DNA of 64,000 nt from Chiloscyllium plagiosum (Eukaryota), in assembly GCF_004010195.1 (NCBI RefSeq), contig NC_057756.1, forward strand, positions 7,382,275 through 7,446,274, given 5' to 3'. A program made the position numbers and the translations under genes. Positions 38,175 through 49,282 of the stretch are shown piece by piece; the stretch's first letter is position 1, and every line of letters starts with the position of its first letter. Below the pieces are notes generated by a model, which was given only the letters and a program-made list of their open reading frames with translations, had not been told where the DNA came from and ran no database searches.

Positions 38175-38199
38175 CTACTCATCACTGAAGCTCCTACTA
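38175..38199 (-). pseudogene. Gene 2, putative next cytoplasmic exon (D)SRSFSDE*, followed by KNFK*
   Basis: TGTTTCCAG acceptor in compatible phase 2; TAG at 38177-38175 may be a decayed Tyr codon of a Y-x-N-F motif. Confidence 0.35.
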
Positions 38200-38302
38200 C
38201 TGGAAACAGTTTCTCAAGAGTTCTCTTGTTTCAAAAATTACAATAATTGCAATATCTCTTGATTAACTGATCAATAACAGTAGCGATAAAGTGAACACTT
38301 AC

Positions 38303-38381
38303 TCGTCATTTACTGATGGCAGGAAGGTTTCGTTCATTGGCGTGCTGATGGTGCCACTCACTGTAGGTAGAATGTATCTTT
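38303..38381 (-). pseudogene. Gene 2, putative cytoplasmic exon (E)RYILPTVSGTISTPMNETFLPSVND
   Basis: TGATTTCAG acceptor, GTAAGTG donor, 79 nt, phase 1-2, open frame. Confidence 0.55.
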
Positions 38382-38442
38382 CTGAAATCAATCCAGCAAC
38401 AGGTGTGAGTAAACCAAGGAGGAAGAGAATTGGATTAATTAA

Positions 38443-38710
38443 ATGCAGGGAATATTAGCAAAACTCAGCAGATCCAGCAGCATTTCTGTGAGAGAGAAAA
38501 ACAGAGTTAATGTCCTGAGTCCAATATGGCTCCTCTTCAGATCTGAAGGATGTTGGAAATTAGAAACTTTTCAACATTTGTCAGCTCTGAGGTAAGGTCA
38601 TTAAAAATGTTAATTCTGTTTCTCTCCATATTGCCATACTTGCTAAGTTTTTCCAACCTTCTCTGTTTCTGTTCAGATTTCCAACATCCACAGTATTTTG
38701 CTTTGTTTCA
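38443..38710. mobile_element. Inverted pair of Penelope-like terminal-repeat fragments (imperfect hairpin)
   Basis: Arm AAACTCAGCAG...GAGAGAAAAACAGAGTTAA (~38460-38510) is complementary to TTAATTCTGTTTCTCTCC...TGCTAAGTTT (~38610-38650); related single copies at ~9290-9522, ~11610-11855, ~34810-34950 and ~46800-46890. Confidence 0.6.
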
Positions 38711-39568
38711 AGAAATTGCTGAGCTCACCTTCCTTGGCAAACTCTGCTCTCGTAAACATTTGAACCAAGCGAAGGTTGTCGTGGATAATAAGAATCTCTA
38801 CCTTGTCTCAGTATTAGCCCCCTGATGTGTTAAAGGTAAAGGCTACCATCCATCAGATGCAGGAATAATCAACACTTGAACTCATGTTTCCATAGAAACT
38901 TTTAACAGGAACTGCTACTCATATCTCCAGGGATATATACGCAAGGTGGATGTACTCCATTTGTATTGGAATAGACTTAATACATCTTTTTATTAAAGTT
39001 GGTCAATAGAATACATGTAATTACAGACCAGTTACTGTCCCTGTTTTCATTTCTTGCACAGCCTCACTAGAATTAATGAACAACAAAAAACCTTCAAGGG
39101 CCAAACTTGCAAAGTTGAGCACGGCTGTATAAATTATCCCCCAGATGGGTACCCTCACAGAATTGTTCTGGAGCATAAAGTGGTTTTTCGGCCCATCATG
39201 TGAGTCCTGGTTCTCCTGCTCAAAATGCCAATCTCCTACCTTTTACCCCATATCCCTTGGCACACCAATGTTCCCTCTTGATTGCCTCCGGGGAACCTGC
39301 CTCCAGCACATTTGCAGGCAGTGCATTCCACACCCGAACTGCTCCCTGGATAAAAACGTCTTTTTCCAACATCCTCCTTGTTTTGCACATCACTTTAACC
39401 CTACAGGCTCTGACTCGTGTTACTTTTAGGAGCAGGAACAGCTTCTCCCTCTCTGCTGTATCTCGCCCCCTCATCATTTCCTTTCCTCCCTGCCCGATAT
39501 CCCATTCTGATGGACGTGTTGACACAATTCATGGGAATAAATTGAGTTTTGTCACTCTATTCACTTAC

Positions 39569-39706
39569 CCGTTTCTGTCCTAGATATTTTCTGGATTTTG
39601 AAGAGTAACACAGTGATACCCATGAGTTCTGTGATGGAGATGACGGTGGCAATCACAGCCACAGCTTTCCATTCATTATTGCTGCAGCTATCTGACTGGG
39701 TGTATA
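39569..39706 (-). pseudogene. Gene 2, transmembrane exon VYTQSDSCSNNEWKAVAVIATVISITELMGITVLLFKIQKISRTET|G
   Basis: TTTTGCAG acceptor, GTAAGTG donor, 138 nt, phase 1-1; ~22-residue hydrophobic segment containing one Glu, followed by basic residues. Confidence 0.7.
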
Positions 39707-39780
39707 CTGCAAAACATAAACAGCTACGTACGTCAGTGTCCTCATTGCGCTTGCTCATTTTCACGTGACCTGTCAAACCT

Positions 39781-42075
39781 TAGAACATAGAACAATACAA
39801 TGCAGCAGAGGCCCTTCAGCCCTCGATGTTGTTCCGACCTGTGAATTAATCAAAGCCCATTCTCCTACACTATCCCATCATCATTGACGTGCTTATCCAA
39901 GGATAGTCTAAATCTCCCTAATGTGGCTGAGTTAGCTACGTTGGCAAGCATGGCATTTCACACCCTTATCACTCTCTGAGTAAAGAACCTGCCTCTGACA
40001 TCTACCTTAAATAAAACACCCCTCGTTTGTAGCTATCCCCCTCCGTATAAGCTGATGTCATCATCCTAGGAAAAAAAACTCTCTAGCCTATCTATTCCTC
40101 TGATCATCTTGTATGTCTCTATAAAATCCTCTCTTAGCCTTCTGCTTTCCAATGAAAAGAGACCCAAGTTTCTCAGCCTTTCCTCATACGACCTTCCTTC
40201 CAGAAAAGGGAACATCCTGGTAAATCTCCTCTGCACATTTTCCAATGCTTCCAAATCCTTCCTGTAATGGGGCGACCAGAACTGTACACAATATTCCAAG
40301 TGCAGCCGCACTAGATGTTGTATAGTTGCAGCATGATATTATGGCTCTGGAACTCAATCCCTCTCCCAATAAAACCTAACACACTGTATACCTTCTTAAT
40401 AGCACTCTCAACCTGAGTGGCAACTTTGAGGGATCTATGCACCTGGACTCCAAGATCTGCCTGCAAATCCACACTACCAAGAATCTTTCCATTGTCCCAG
40501 TATTCTGCCTTTTTGTTGTTTTTCCCAAAGTGCATCACCTCACATTAATTTGCATTGAACTCCCTTTGGCACCTCTCAGCCCATTTCTGCACTTTATCCA
40601 AGTCCCCCTGCAACCTGCAACATTCTTCCACACTGTCCACTACTCTACCGACTTTAGTGTCTAACTTACTAACCCATCCACCTATGCCTGCATCTAAGTC
40701 ATTTATAAAAATGACAAGCAACAGTGGTCCCAAAACAGATCATTGTGGCATACCACTAGTAACTGGACTCTAGGCTAATATTTTCCATCAACGAACACTC
40801 GCTGCCTTCTTGCAGAAAGCCGGTTTCTAATCCAAACTGCTAAATCAACCTCAATACCATGCCTCTGCATTTTCTCCCACAGCCCACCACATGGAACCTT
40901 ATAAAAGGCTTTACTGAAGTCCATGTACACCACGTCAACTGCCCTACCCTCATCCACATGCTTGGTCACCTTCTTAAAAGGCTCAATGAGGTTTGTGAGA
41001 CATGACCTGCCCTTAACGAAACCATGTTGACTGTCTGCAATCCTATTTCTTATAATCCTTTCCAAAACTTTTCCTACAACAGACGTAAGGGCAAGGGCAC
41101 TACATTTGCAATCCGCAGTCTTCTGGGCATAGAGTTATAGAGATGTACAGCATGGAAACAGACCCTTTGATCCAACCAGATATCCCAACCAAATCTAGTC
41201 CCACCTGCCGGCACCCGGCCCATATCCCTCCAAACCCTTCCTTTTCATATACCCATCCAAATGTCTCTGAAATGTTGCATCTGAACCAGCTTACACCACT
41301 TCCTCTGACAGCTCATTCCATACACCAACCACCCTCTGTGTGTAAAAGTTGCCCCTTAGGACTCTTTTATATCTTTCCCCTCCCACCCTAAACCCATGCC
41401 TTCCAGTTTTGGACTTTGCCTACTTACCCTATCCATGCCACTCACAATTTTGTAAACTTCTATAAGGTCACCCCTCAGCCTCTGATGCTCCAGGGAAAGC
41501 AACCCCAGCTTGGTCAGTCTCTCCCACAGCTCAAATCTTCCAACCCTGGCAACATCCTTGTAAATCTTTTCTGAACCCTTTCAAGCTTCACAACATCTTT
41601 CCGATAGGAAGGAAACCACAATTGCACGCAATATTCCAACAGTGGCCCAACAAATGTCCTGTATAGCCGCAAAATGAATTCCCAACTTCTGTACTCAATA
41701 CTCTGACCAATAAAGGAAAGCTCTGGTACTAAACCTGCAGACAATAATGACCCAAAGATCAAAGCCAAAGGCTCCAACACCTCCTCCCTAGCTTCCCAGA
41801 GAATCTTCGGATAAATTCCATCTGGCCCAGGGGACTTATCTACTTTCACTCCTTCTAGAATTGATAACACCTCTTCCTTACTAACTTCTTTACTAACTTC
41901 CTTACTAACTATTTCATTATTCTCCTCAACAATATTCTCCTTTTCCTGAGAGAAAACCAATGAGAAATATTTGTTTAGCACCTCTCCGATCTCCACAGGG
42001 CCCACACACAACTTCCCCTTCTGTCTTGACTGGCCCTATTCCAACCCTAGTCATCTTTTTATTCCTCACATACCT
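39781..42075 (-). mobile_element. CR1 LINE fragment(s) with a second CR1 3' end nested at ~41130-41720, in the gene 2 V-TM intron
   Basis: KSPGPDG, YMDFSKAF and LERVQKRFTRMLP motifs; two separate 3' tails. Confidence 0.85.
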
Positions 42076-42779
42076 GTAGAAAGAGATCACACAGTTACTG
42101 CAGAGGGTTATCATTGGGAGCAGAATCTTGATCAGTCCCATGTTCCCAAAGAGATACAACGCTGGTATTTACCTGGAAATGCGAAAAATTGCCTAGATGT
42201 ACCAAAATCAGAACAAATCCAACCCCAGCAGCCTCCTCATGATCACCAGCAGAGTGGTTTATGTGTGGCAGTGGCTAGCAAGTGGCATTTATAGAGTCAT
42301 ACAGCACGGAAACAAACCCTTCAGTCCAACTCATCCAGGCAGACTAGACATCCCCAATCTGACCTAGATCCATTTGCCAGCACTTGGCCCATATCAACCT
42401 AAATCCTTCCTATTCATGTTGCCATCCACATGCCTTTTAAATGTTGTAATTGTGCCAGTCTCCACCACTTCCTCTTGCAGCTCATTCCATACACGCATTA
42501 CACACTGCTTGAAAAGGTTGCCCCTTATGTCCTTTTAAAAATATTTTCATATTTTAAAAATATGAAAACTTCATATGCTTTTACATTTTCCATGGCATTT
42601 AGAAGACTAAGAGGCGATCTTATTGAAGTCTTCAAGACATTAACAAGAAACGTCAGGGTCGATTAAGATTAATTATTCTCAATGGTTGAGGATTCTAGAA
42701 CTACATGGCATAGTTGGACAGCATTAAAATAAAATGAAAAGCACGCAATATGGTGAAGATTAGTGGGAAGCCAGCGGAT

Positions 42780-43405
42780 TGGGCATTCTTTTAAAGGCAT
42801 CAGAGGATAATGAATAAAACAATAGGGGAGGAGAAGATAAACTCAGGGTGAAGTCGTGATATTAAAAAAAATGCACGAGTTTTGTTAGCAATATGACAGG
42901 TAAGAGAGAGTTAAGAGTGGACATTGGGCAGCTGGAAAATGAGGCTGGAGAAGTTGGAAAGGGGGACAAAGAGGTCGCAGAGGAACTGAATAGGTATTTT
43001 GCATTTTCACAGTGGAAGACATCAGTAAAGTACCAGAATTACGAGCGTCAGGGGTCAAGGGTGAGTGAGTTGGATATCACAAGAGATAAGATGCTGGGAA
43101 GGTGGAAAAGTGGAAAAATTACTGGACCAGATGGACTACAACTTAGTGTTCTAAAGAAAATAGCTGAGGTGATTGCAGAGAAATCATTTGAGTCATGGAT
43201 GGTCCCAGAGGACTGGTTAATGAGTAATGTAAAACACTGCTTAAAAAGGGAGGGAGGCAAAAGACAGGAAACTGTAGAGAGGTGAGCCTGACCTCAGTTA
43301 TTGGTAAGATTTTAGAGTCCATTATTCAGAATCAGATTGCAGAGTACGTGGAAGTCCCTGGTAAAATAGGGTGGGTTCATCAAGGGAGGTCATGCCTAAC
43401 AAACC
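42780..43405 (+). mobile_element. Degenerate CR1 ORF2 fragment
   Basis: ELNRYF, GPDG, PEDW and SLTSVIGK motifs. Confidence 0.75.
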
Positions 43406-43885
43406 TGTATCTTTGTGGAGCAGAGAAACCTTGGATTGATATTTTCAAGTGGGTAAAACATCTCTAACATAAAGGTTGACTGAGGGAAAGGAAAATGAAG
43501 AGAGAGTGAGAGCATGCTGGAAAGTCTTCTCCAAGGTTCTGGGTACTCAGGGAGAAACTGACCTCAAGCATGTTCCAGTAGAGAGGGAGAGAGAGAGAAG
43601 GACTCAGTGGTCATTTAAACTGTTGCCCGTGTGTTGCCCTCCCTCTCAACCCTTTCCCCGGAGCCAGGTAATGATATCTGCTTGCAGCGTTTACCCAATC
43701 TCCTTTTAGAATCGACTTCACAAATCAGTCTGCCAATCGCTCCATCCTCCCCTCACCACCCCACCCCCCAAAAAGTTAACTTCTTTGATTAATGGTGAAA
43801 CTCTCTCATCTCACCAGGTCGTCAGTGATGGTAAGCTTCATCATTTCATGATGTCTTGGATAAAGAAAACATGCTTCTTACTCAC

Positions 43886-44196
43886 CAAACACAGAAAGGA
43901 TTATTGTTGTATCTGCTACAACACCAGTCAATGAGTTCATGGTAACGCTGCACTGTCTGAAGCAGTCACTGATTTGAGCAGGAGAGAGCCATTAATTAAT
44001 AAGAACTCCACCCGCCCGAGGTAAACATTATTAATGTCTGCTGTTTTGTTAATCCACATAAGTACATCTGATCCGTTGTGTTTCCAAGATCCACTCCTCA
44101 CCCTCTCCGACGGTCTCACTGACAGGAGCACAGGGTCTCTGACTGCTGCATTAATCCGCCTCTCACTCACTGAGATGGTCAAAGCCTCAGAGTCAA
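43886..44196 (-). pseudogene. Gene 2, cysteine-less IgV exon with a 7-nt frameshifting deletion in the D-x-G-x-Y motif
   Basis: CCCCTTGTAG acceptor, GTGAGT donor; VDSEALTISVSERRINAAV...NGSLLLKSVTASDS, then frameshift, then VTMNSLTGVVADTTIILSVF|G; 311 nt = 318 (V-B length) minus 7. Confidence 0.85.
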
Positions 44197-44366
44197 CTAC
44201 AAGGGGAAGAAAAATCCCAGGTTAATGTTCAGCCAGTTTAACTCCAAATGGAGACAGGGAAAGACTGTGAAACCCTTTGTATTTAACATATCCTCACCAG
44301 CACCCCCGCCCACCCCACAGTCTTCCTGCCTCAGCCTCAATACCAACATGAGAAATTCACTCTCAC

Positions 44367-44415
44367 CAAGAGATAGTGACCAGACAGTAATGGCAGTGAG
44401 TCAGGTTCTCACCAT
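44367..44415 (-). pseudogene. Gene 2 (CEACAM-like paralogue, pseudogene), leader exon MVRT*LTAITVWSLSL|G
   Basis: ATG at 44415-44413; donor GTGAGA at 44366; phase 1; resembles the gene 1 leader; in-frame TGA at 44403-44401. Confidence 0.7.
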
Positions 44416-45264
44416 CCTGTGAGAACAGCGTCGGTCCCTGTACTAAATGATGTCCAGCCAGCAGTCCCTGGTCAATGAACCAGGTTAATTTTTAACTAAA
44501 GCAAACACGGCTCTGAATTGGGTCAGAGTTATTTCACTGCAAGGACTGGGTGAGAATTAGAATATTAATGTAGTGACTCTCCAGTTCAACATCTGGAGCT
44601 GACAACACGAGTAGTGAAGTAGTGTATAAAACTTTCACCAAAAGCGGGCAGAATGTTGATATATGAGCACTGCTCAGGCAGTTCAATATAGGTTTACAAG
44701 AATGACACCTGGAAATCAGGAGTTGAGTTTTGAAATGAGACGACACAAATTAGGTTTGTTTTCTCTTGAACTTAGAAGTGATCTTATTGAAGTTCTCAAG
44801 GTATTAAGAGGAAAAGACAGGGTAGTCAAAACAACACTATTTCCACTGTTTGAACATTTTAATCGAAGGAGCAGAGCCTAACAATCAGGACCAGAACATT
44901 CAGGAGAGTTGTGAGGTAGCATTTTCACTCACAATGAGTGGGAAAGGTTTGGAACTCTCTTCCAAAAATTGTAGCGAATGCTGAATCAGTTGCTCATTTT
45001 AATTAATTAATTTATTTATTAGATTCCCTACAGTGCGATATATTTTTGTCAAGCCAAAGATAATGAGAAATATGGAACTAAGCCGGTGTATAAAGTTAGG
45101 TCACTGATTGACCGTGCATTCATTTAATAGAGTAACAGGCTAGGGGCTGAATGGTTGCCTCCTGTCGCTATAGTCGTAAGTGAACTCAACAATGTAGTAT
45201 TTGTTCTGCCACTATCTGATGGGCATTAACTAATGGAGAATCTTTCTTCCTGTTTTTCTGCTTT

Positions 45265-46345
45265 TATCAGTGCACTGCAATGGTAGGGCCTTGGGTAGTG
45301 TTGTAGAACACAGAGAACTAAAGGGTTAGGTACATTATTCTTTGAATTTTGCATCACTTGTAGACAGGGTGGTTAAAGAGGTGCTTAGCACAGTGGGGTG
45401 GCACAGTGGCTCAGTGATTAACACTGATGCTTCACAGCTCCAGGGACCCGGGTTCAATTCCTGCCTTGAGTAGTTATCTGTGTCATTCTCGTATGTTGTC
45501 CCTGTGTCTGCATGGGTTTTCTTCAGGTGCTCCAGTTTCCTCCCAAGAGTTTGCATGTTAGGTAAATTGGCCATGTTAAATTGCCCATAGTATTCAGGGA
45601 TGTGTAGGCTAGGTACATTAGTTAGGGGAAATATAGTGTAACAGGTGTTGGGGAATGGGTCTGGGTGGGATACTCTTCGAGGGTGGTTTGCGCCTAATGG
45701 CCTGTTTCCAAAATTTAAGATTTATAATTTACATTTCCTTCACCCTTCATTGCTCATTCATTTGAGTGTAGGAGTTGGGAAGTCAAGGCTGTACCAGACA
45801 TTAGTGACGCCTGTCACAGCACTGTGTTTAGTTCTGGTCGCTCTGTTAAAGGCAGGATATTATTAAACTCGGCAGGGTTTGGAGCAGACTAACCAGGGTG
45901 TTTCTAGGTTTAGAAGCTATGCACTATAAAGTAAGGCTGGGACAATTCTCATTGAAACAGGAGGTTGAAAGATGCCCTTATAAAGGTTTAAAAATCATGA
46001 GGGGTATAGATAGGATTAATGATAGGTGTCTTGTCCCTAGTATGGGTAATTTCAAGACTAGGGGATATACTTTTAATGTGAAAGAAGAAAGATTTAATGA
46101 ATTCATGAGAAGAATTTTTGTTGCACAGATAGTAGGTCGAGTGTGGAATGAACTTCCAGAGGAAGTCGTGGATGTAAGTACAGTTACAACAGTTAAAAGG
46201 CATTTAGATAATAACATGAATAGAAAAGGTTTGGAGGGCTACAGACTAGGAGCAGGCAGGTGGGATTTGTTTAATTTGGGATTATGGTCAACATGGACTG
46301 GTTGGACTGAAGGATTTGTTTCTGTGCTGTATCACTCAATCACTC
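45265..46345 (+). mobile_element. CR1 3' fragment interrupted by an HE1-type SINE (~45395-45710)
   Basis: KIMRGIDR and RVWNELPEEVV motifs. Confidence 0.7.
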
Positions 46346-46944
46346 AGATGCACTGACTGCTTGGAGAGAAGAGCAAACAAAGCACAATTGATTTTGCACT
46401 TGTTTTCCTCCATATGATATTGTCGCTGACACTGGTTAATGATATAAGAACGAAAAAAACCCACACTGCTATTTATATCCAACAATATCTGATCTGGCTC
46501 ACCAACCAGGAAATGGTCTCACTCAGCGTGGCAGGGCCATTCCCAGAATTGCTCGAATGTGCCAAGTTTTTGATTCAAGGCACATAGTTCATGGGTCGTA
46601 TGTGATCGACCAGAAATTGCTTTGGGATGTCATGTGTGTATTTTACTCAGGCTGTGTGTTCCACAATCTCATGTTAAGAGGGACAATTTTGATAAAAAAA
46701 TTAATTGTTAATTGATAGTCACGCCATACAAATTGGGATCCACTGACAGGCTTTTAGGAGCAGGTCAGAGCAGCACAAGAGGTTGGAAAAAGAATCCAGA
46801 AATGATGAAGAGTCACTGGACTGGAAACGTTAATTCTGCTTTCACCTAACAGTTGCTGCCAGACGTGCTGAGTTTCTCCAGCAACTTCTTTTTTTTATAA
46901 ATAAGGAACCCAGAGAATTTGGCTTGTGTGCAGGAGACAAGAAT

Positions 46945-47235
46945 CAGAGAATTCTTACAATATGGAAGCGAGACTTTCAGCCCATCAGGTCCTCACTGAA
47001 GAACACCCCACTCAGACCCACCTCCTATCCCATCCCCATAACCCACCTAGAATACACATCCCTCGACACTATGGGGCAATTTGGCATAGCCTGCACATCT
47101 TTGCAATGTGAGAGAAAATCCACACATACACAGGGGGAATGGCAAATTCCACACAGATAGTGATCCAAGCCTGGAATCAAACTCGAGTCCCTGGTGCTAA
47201 GAGGTAGCAGTGTTAACCTCTGAGCCACTATGTTG
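46945..47235 (-). mobile_element. HE1-type V-SINE
   Basis: V-domain and head on the reverse strand. Confidence 0.75.
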
Positions 47236-47670
47236 GCTGAGTCCATGAACTGGTGATATCAAATGTGCCATGAAACAGGTCTAGATGAGGGACTGATTTT
47301 TCTTCTGAATTTTGTGTTCATTGGTGACGTCCTACCTTGGAATAATTACAGTGCAGAAGGAATTAATTCCTGTGATCAAAACTAGCTCTCCGAATGAGCA
47401 TTTTACACTGTGTTATTTTTGTATCCTCACGCTGTAATCCTGCACCGTTCCATTTCAAACAATAGTCTCACTTTTTAATGTTTTGTTGAAATGTGCCTCC
47501 GTCATTCTCTCAGGCAGTGCATTCCAGACCCAGCTACCTACTGCCCAAAGAAATCTTTCTCACATGACTTACATTTGCTTCATCCAGTACTTTAAAGCGG
47601 ACTTGGTCTCAAACCCATCATGAGTGGGGAGTTTCTTCCACGCTACCCTGTCTGACCACACTCCTCACGA

Positions 47671-48144
47671 TATTGAATACCTCCATCTAAACTTCTATTG
47701 AATACCTCTATTTATGCTTCAATTGAATACCTATGTCAGCACATTTATTGAATACCTCTATCTGTACCTCTATTGAATATCTATCTATGCCTGTATTGAA
47801 TACCTTTGTTTATACCTCCACTGAATACCTCTATCTATAACTCTATTGAATACCTCTATTGAATACCTCCATCTATATCTCCATTGAATACCCCTATTTA
47901 TACCTCAATTGAATACCTCTGTCTGTACATTTAATGAATACCTATTTATTCGTCAACTGAATACCTCTATCTGTGCATTTATTGAATACCTGCCTATACC
48001 TCTATTGAGTACCTCTATCTATTCCTCTATTGAATACCTCTGTCTATGCTTCTATTGAATATCTCTATCTATACTTCTATTGAATACCTCTGTATGTACA
48101 TTTATTGAATACCACTGTCTATACCTCTATTGAATACCTCTATT
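47671..48144. repeat. Minisatellite, ~25-bp unit TATTGAATACCTCTATCTATACCTC, about 19-20 diverged copies
   Basis: Recurring ATTGAATACC core at mostly 25-nt spacing. Confidence 0.95.
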
Positions 48145-48455
48145 AGATTAGATTACTTACAGTGTGGAAACAGGCCCTTCGGCCCAACAAGTCCACACCG
48201 ACCCGCCGAAGCGCAACCCACCCATTTCCCTACATTCACCCCTTACCTAACACTATGGGCAATTTAGCACGGCCAATTCCCCTGACCAGCACATCTTTGG
48301 ACTGTGGGAGGAAACCGGAGCACCCGGAGGAAACCCACGCAGACACGGGGAGAATGTGCAAACTCCACACAGTCAGTCGCCTGAGGCGGGAATTGAACCT
48401 GGGTCTCTGGCGCTGTGAGGCAGTAGTGCTAACCACTGTGCCACCGTGCCGCCCA
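48143..48455 (-). mobile_element. HE1-type tRNA-derived V-SINE, well-preserved copy
   Basis: A/B-box head GTGGCACAGTGGTTAGCAC...GGTTCAATTCC, V-domain GTGTGGAGTTTGCACATTCTCC, (TCTAA)n tail; close to the copy at 29092. Confidence 0.9.
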
Positions 48456-48604
48456 CTATATATATATACCATTGCTGAATAGCTTTGTCTGTAACTCTCT
48501 CTATATCTCAATTAAATATCTCTATCAAATCTCCTCCAGGTCTTCTCCAAGAATAAATAAAGAAGTACTACCTTCTGGAATCTATTTTAATAACTAACGT
48601 TATT

Positions 48605-49282
48605 AAGGGTAGGGTCCTGAAGAGTGATGCTAAATAAGGAGACGTTGGAATGCAGGTTCATATTTCATTGAATCTGGAGTCAAAGATAGACCGGGAAGTG
48701 AAGAAAGCATTTGGTATGCTTGACTTTATGGCCAGTGCAATGAGTATAGGAGTTGGAATGTCATGTAATAGCTATACAGGACATTGGTGAGGTCACTTTT
48801 GGAATATTGCATTCCGTTCTGATCTCCCTGCTCTTGGAAATATGTTGTGACATTTGAAAGGGTTCAGAAAATATTTACAAGCATGTCGCCGGTGTTGGAG
48901 GATTTGAGCTGTAGGGAGAGGCTGAATAGGCTAGGGCTAATGTCCCTGGAGCATCAGAGGCTGAAAGGTGACCTTATAAAGGTTTATAAAGTCATGAGGG
49001 GCATGGATAGGGTGAAGATTCATGGTCTTTTCCCCTGGTTAGCAGAGTGCAGAACTAGACGACATAGGTTCAAAGTGAGACTGGAAAGATTTAAAAAGGA
49101 TCTCAGTGGAACATTTTCATGCAGAGGGTGCTGCATTAATGGAATGAGCTGTCACAGGATGTGGTGGAGGTTAGTACAATGACAATATTTAAGATGCATC
49201 TCGATGAGTATACAAATGGGAAGGGTTTAGAGGAATATGGGTTAAATGCTGACAAATGGGAATAGACTAATTTAGGACATCT
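48605..49282 (+). mobile_element. CR1 3' fragment immediately upstream of the long CR1
   Basis: ERVQKIFT and RLKGDLIKVYK motifs. Confidence 0.8.

Noticed and set aside
47671..48144. CRISPR-like look (constant ATTGAATACC core plus variable ~12-nt parts)
   Set aside because: The variable parts are mutually homologous and too short, there are no cas genes, and the context is vertebrate: it is a minisatellite
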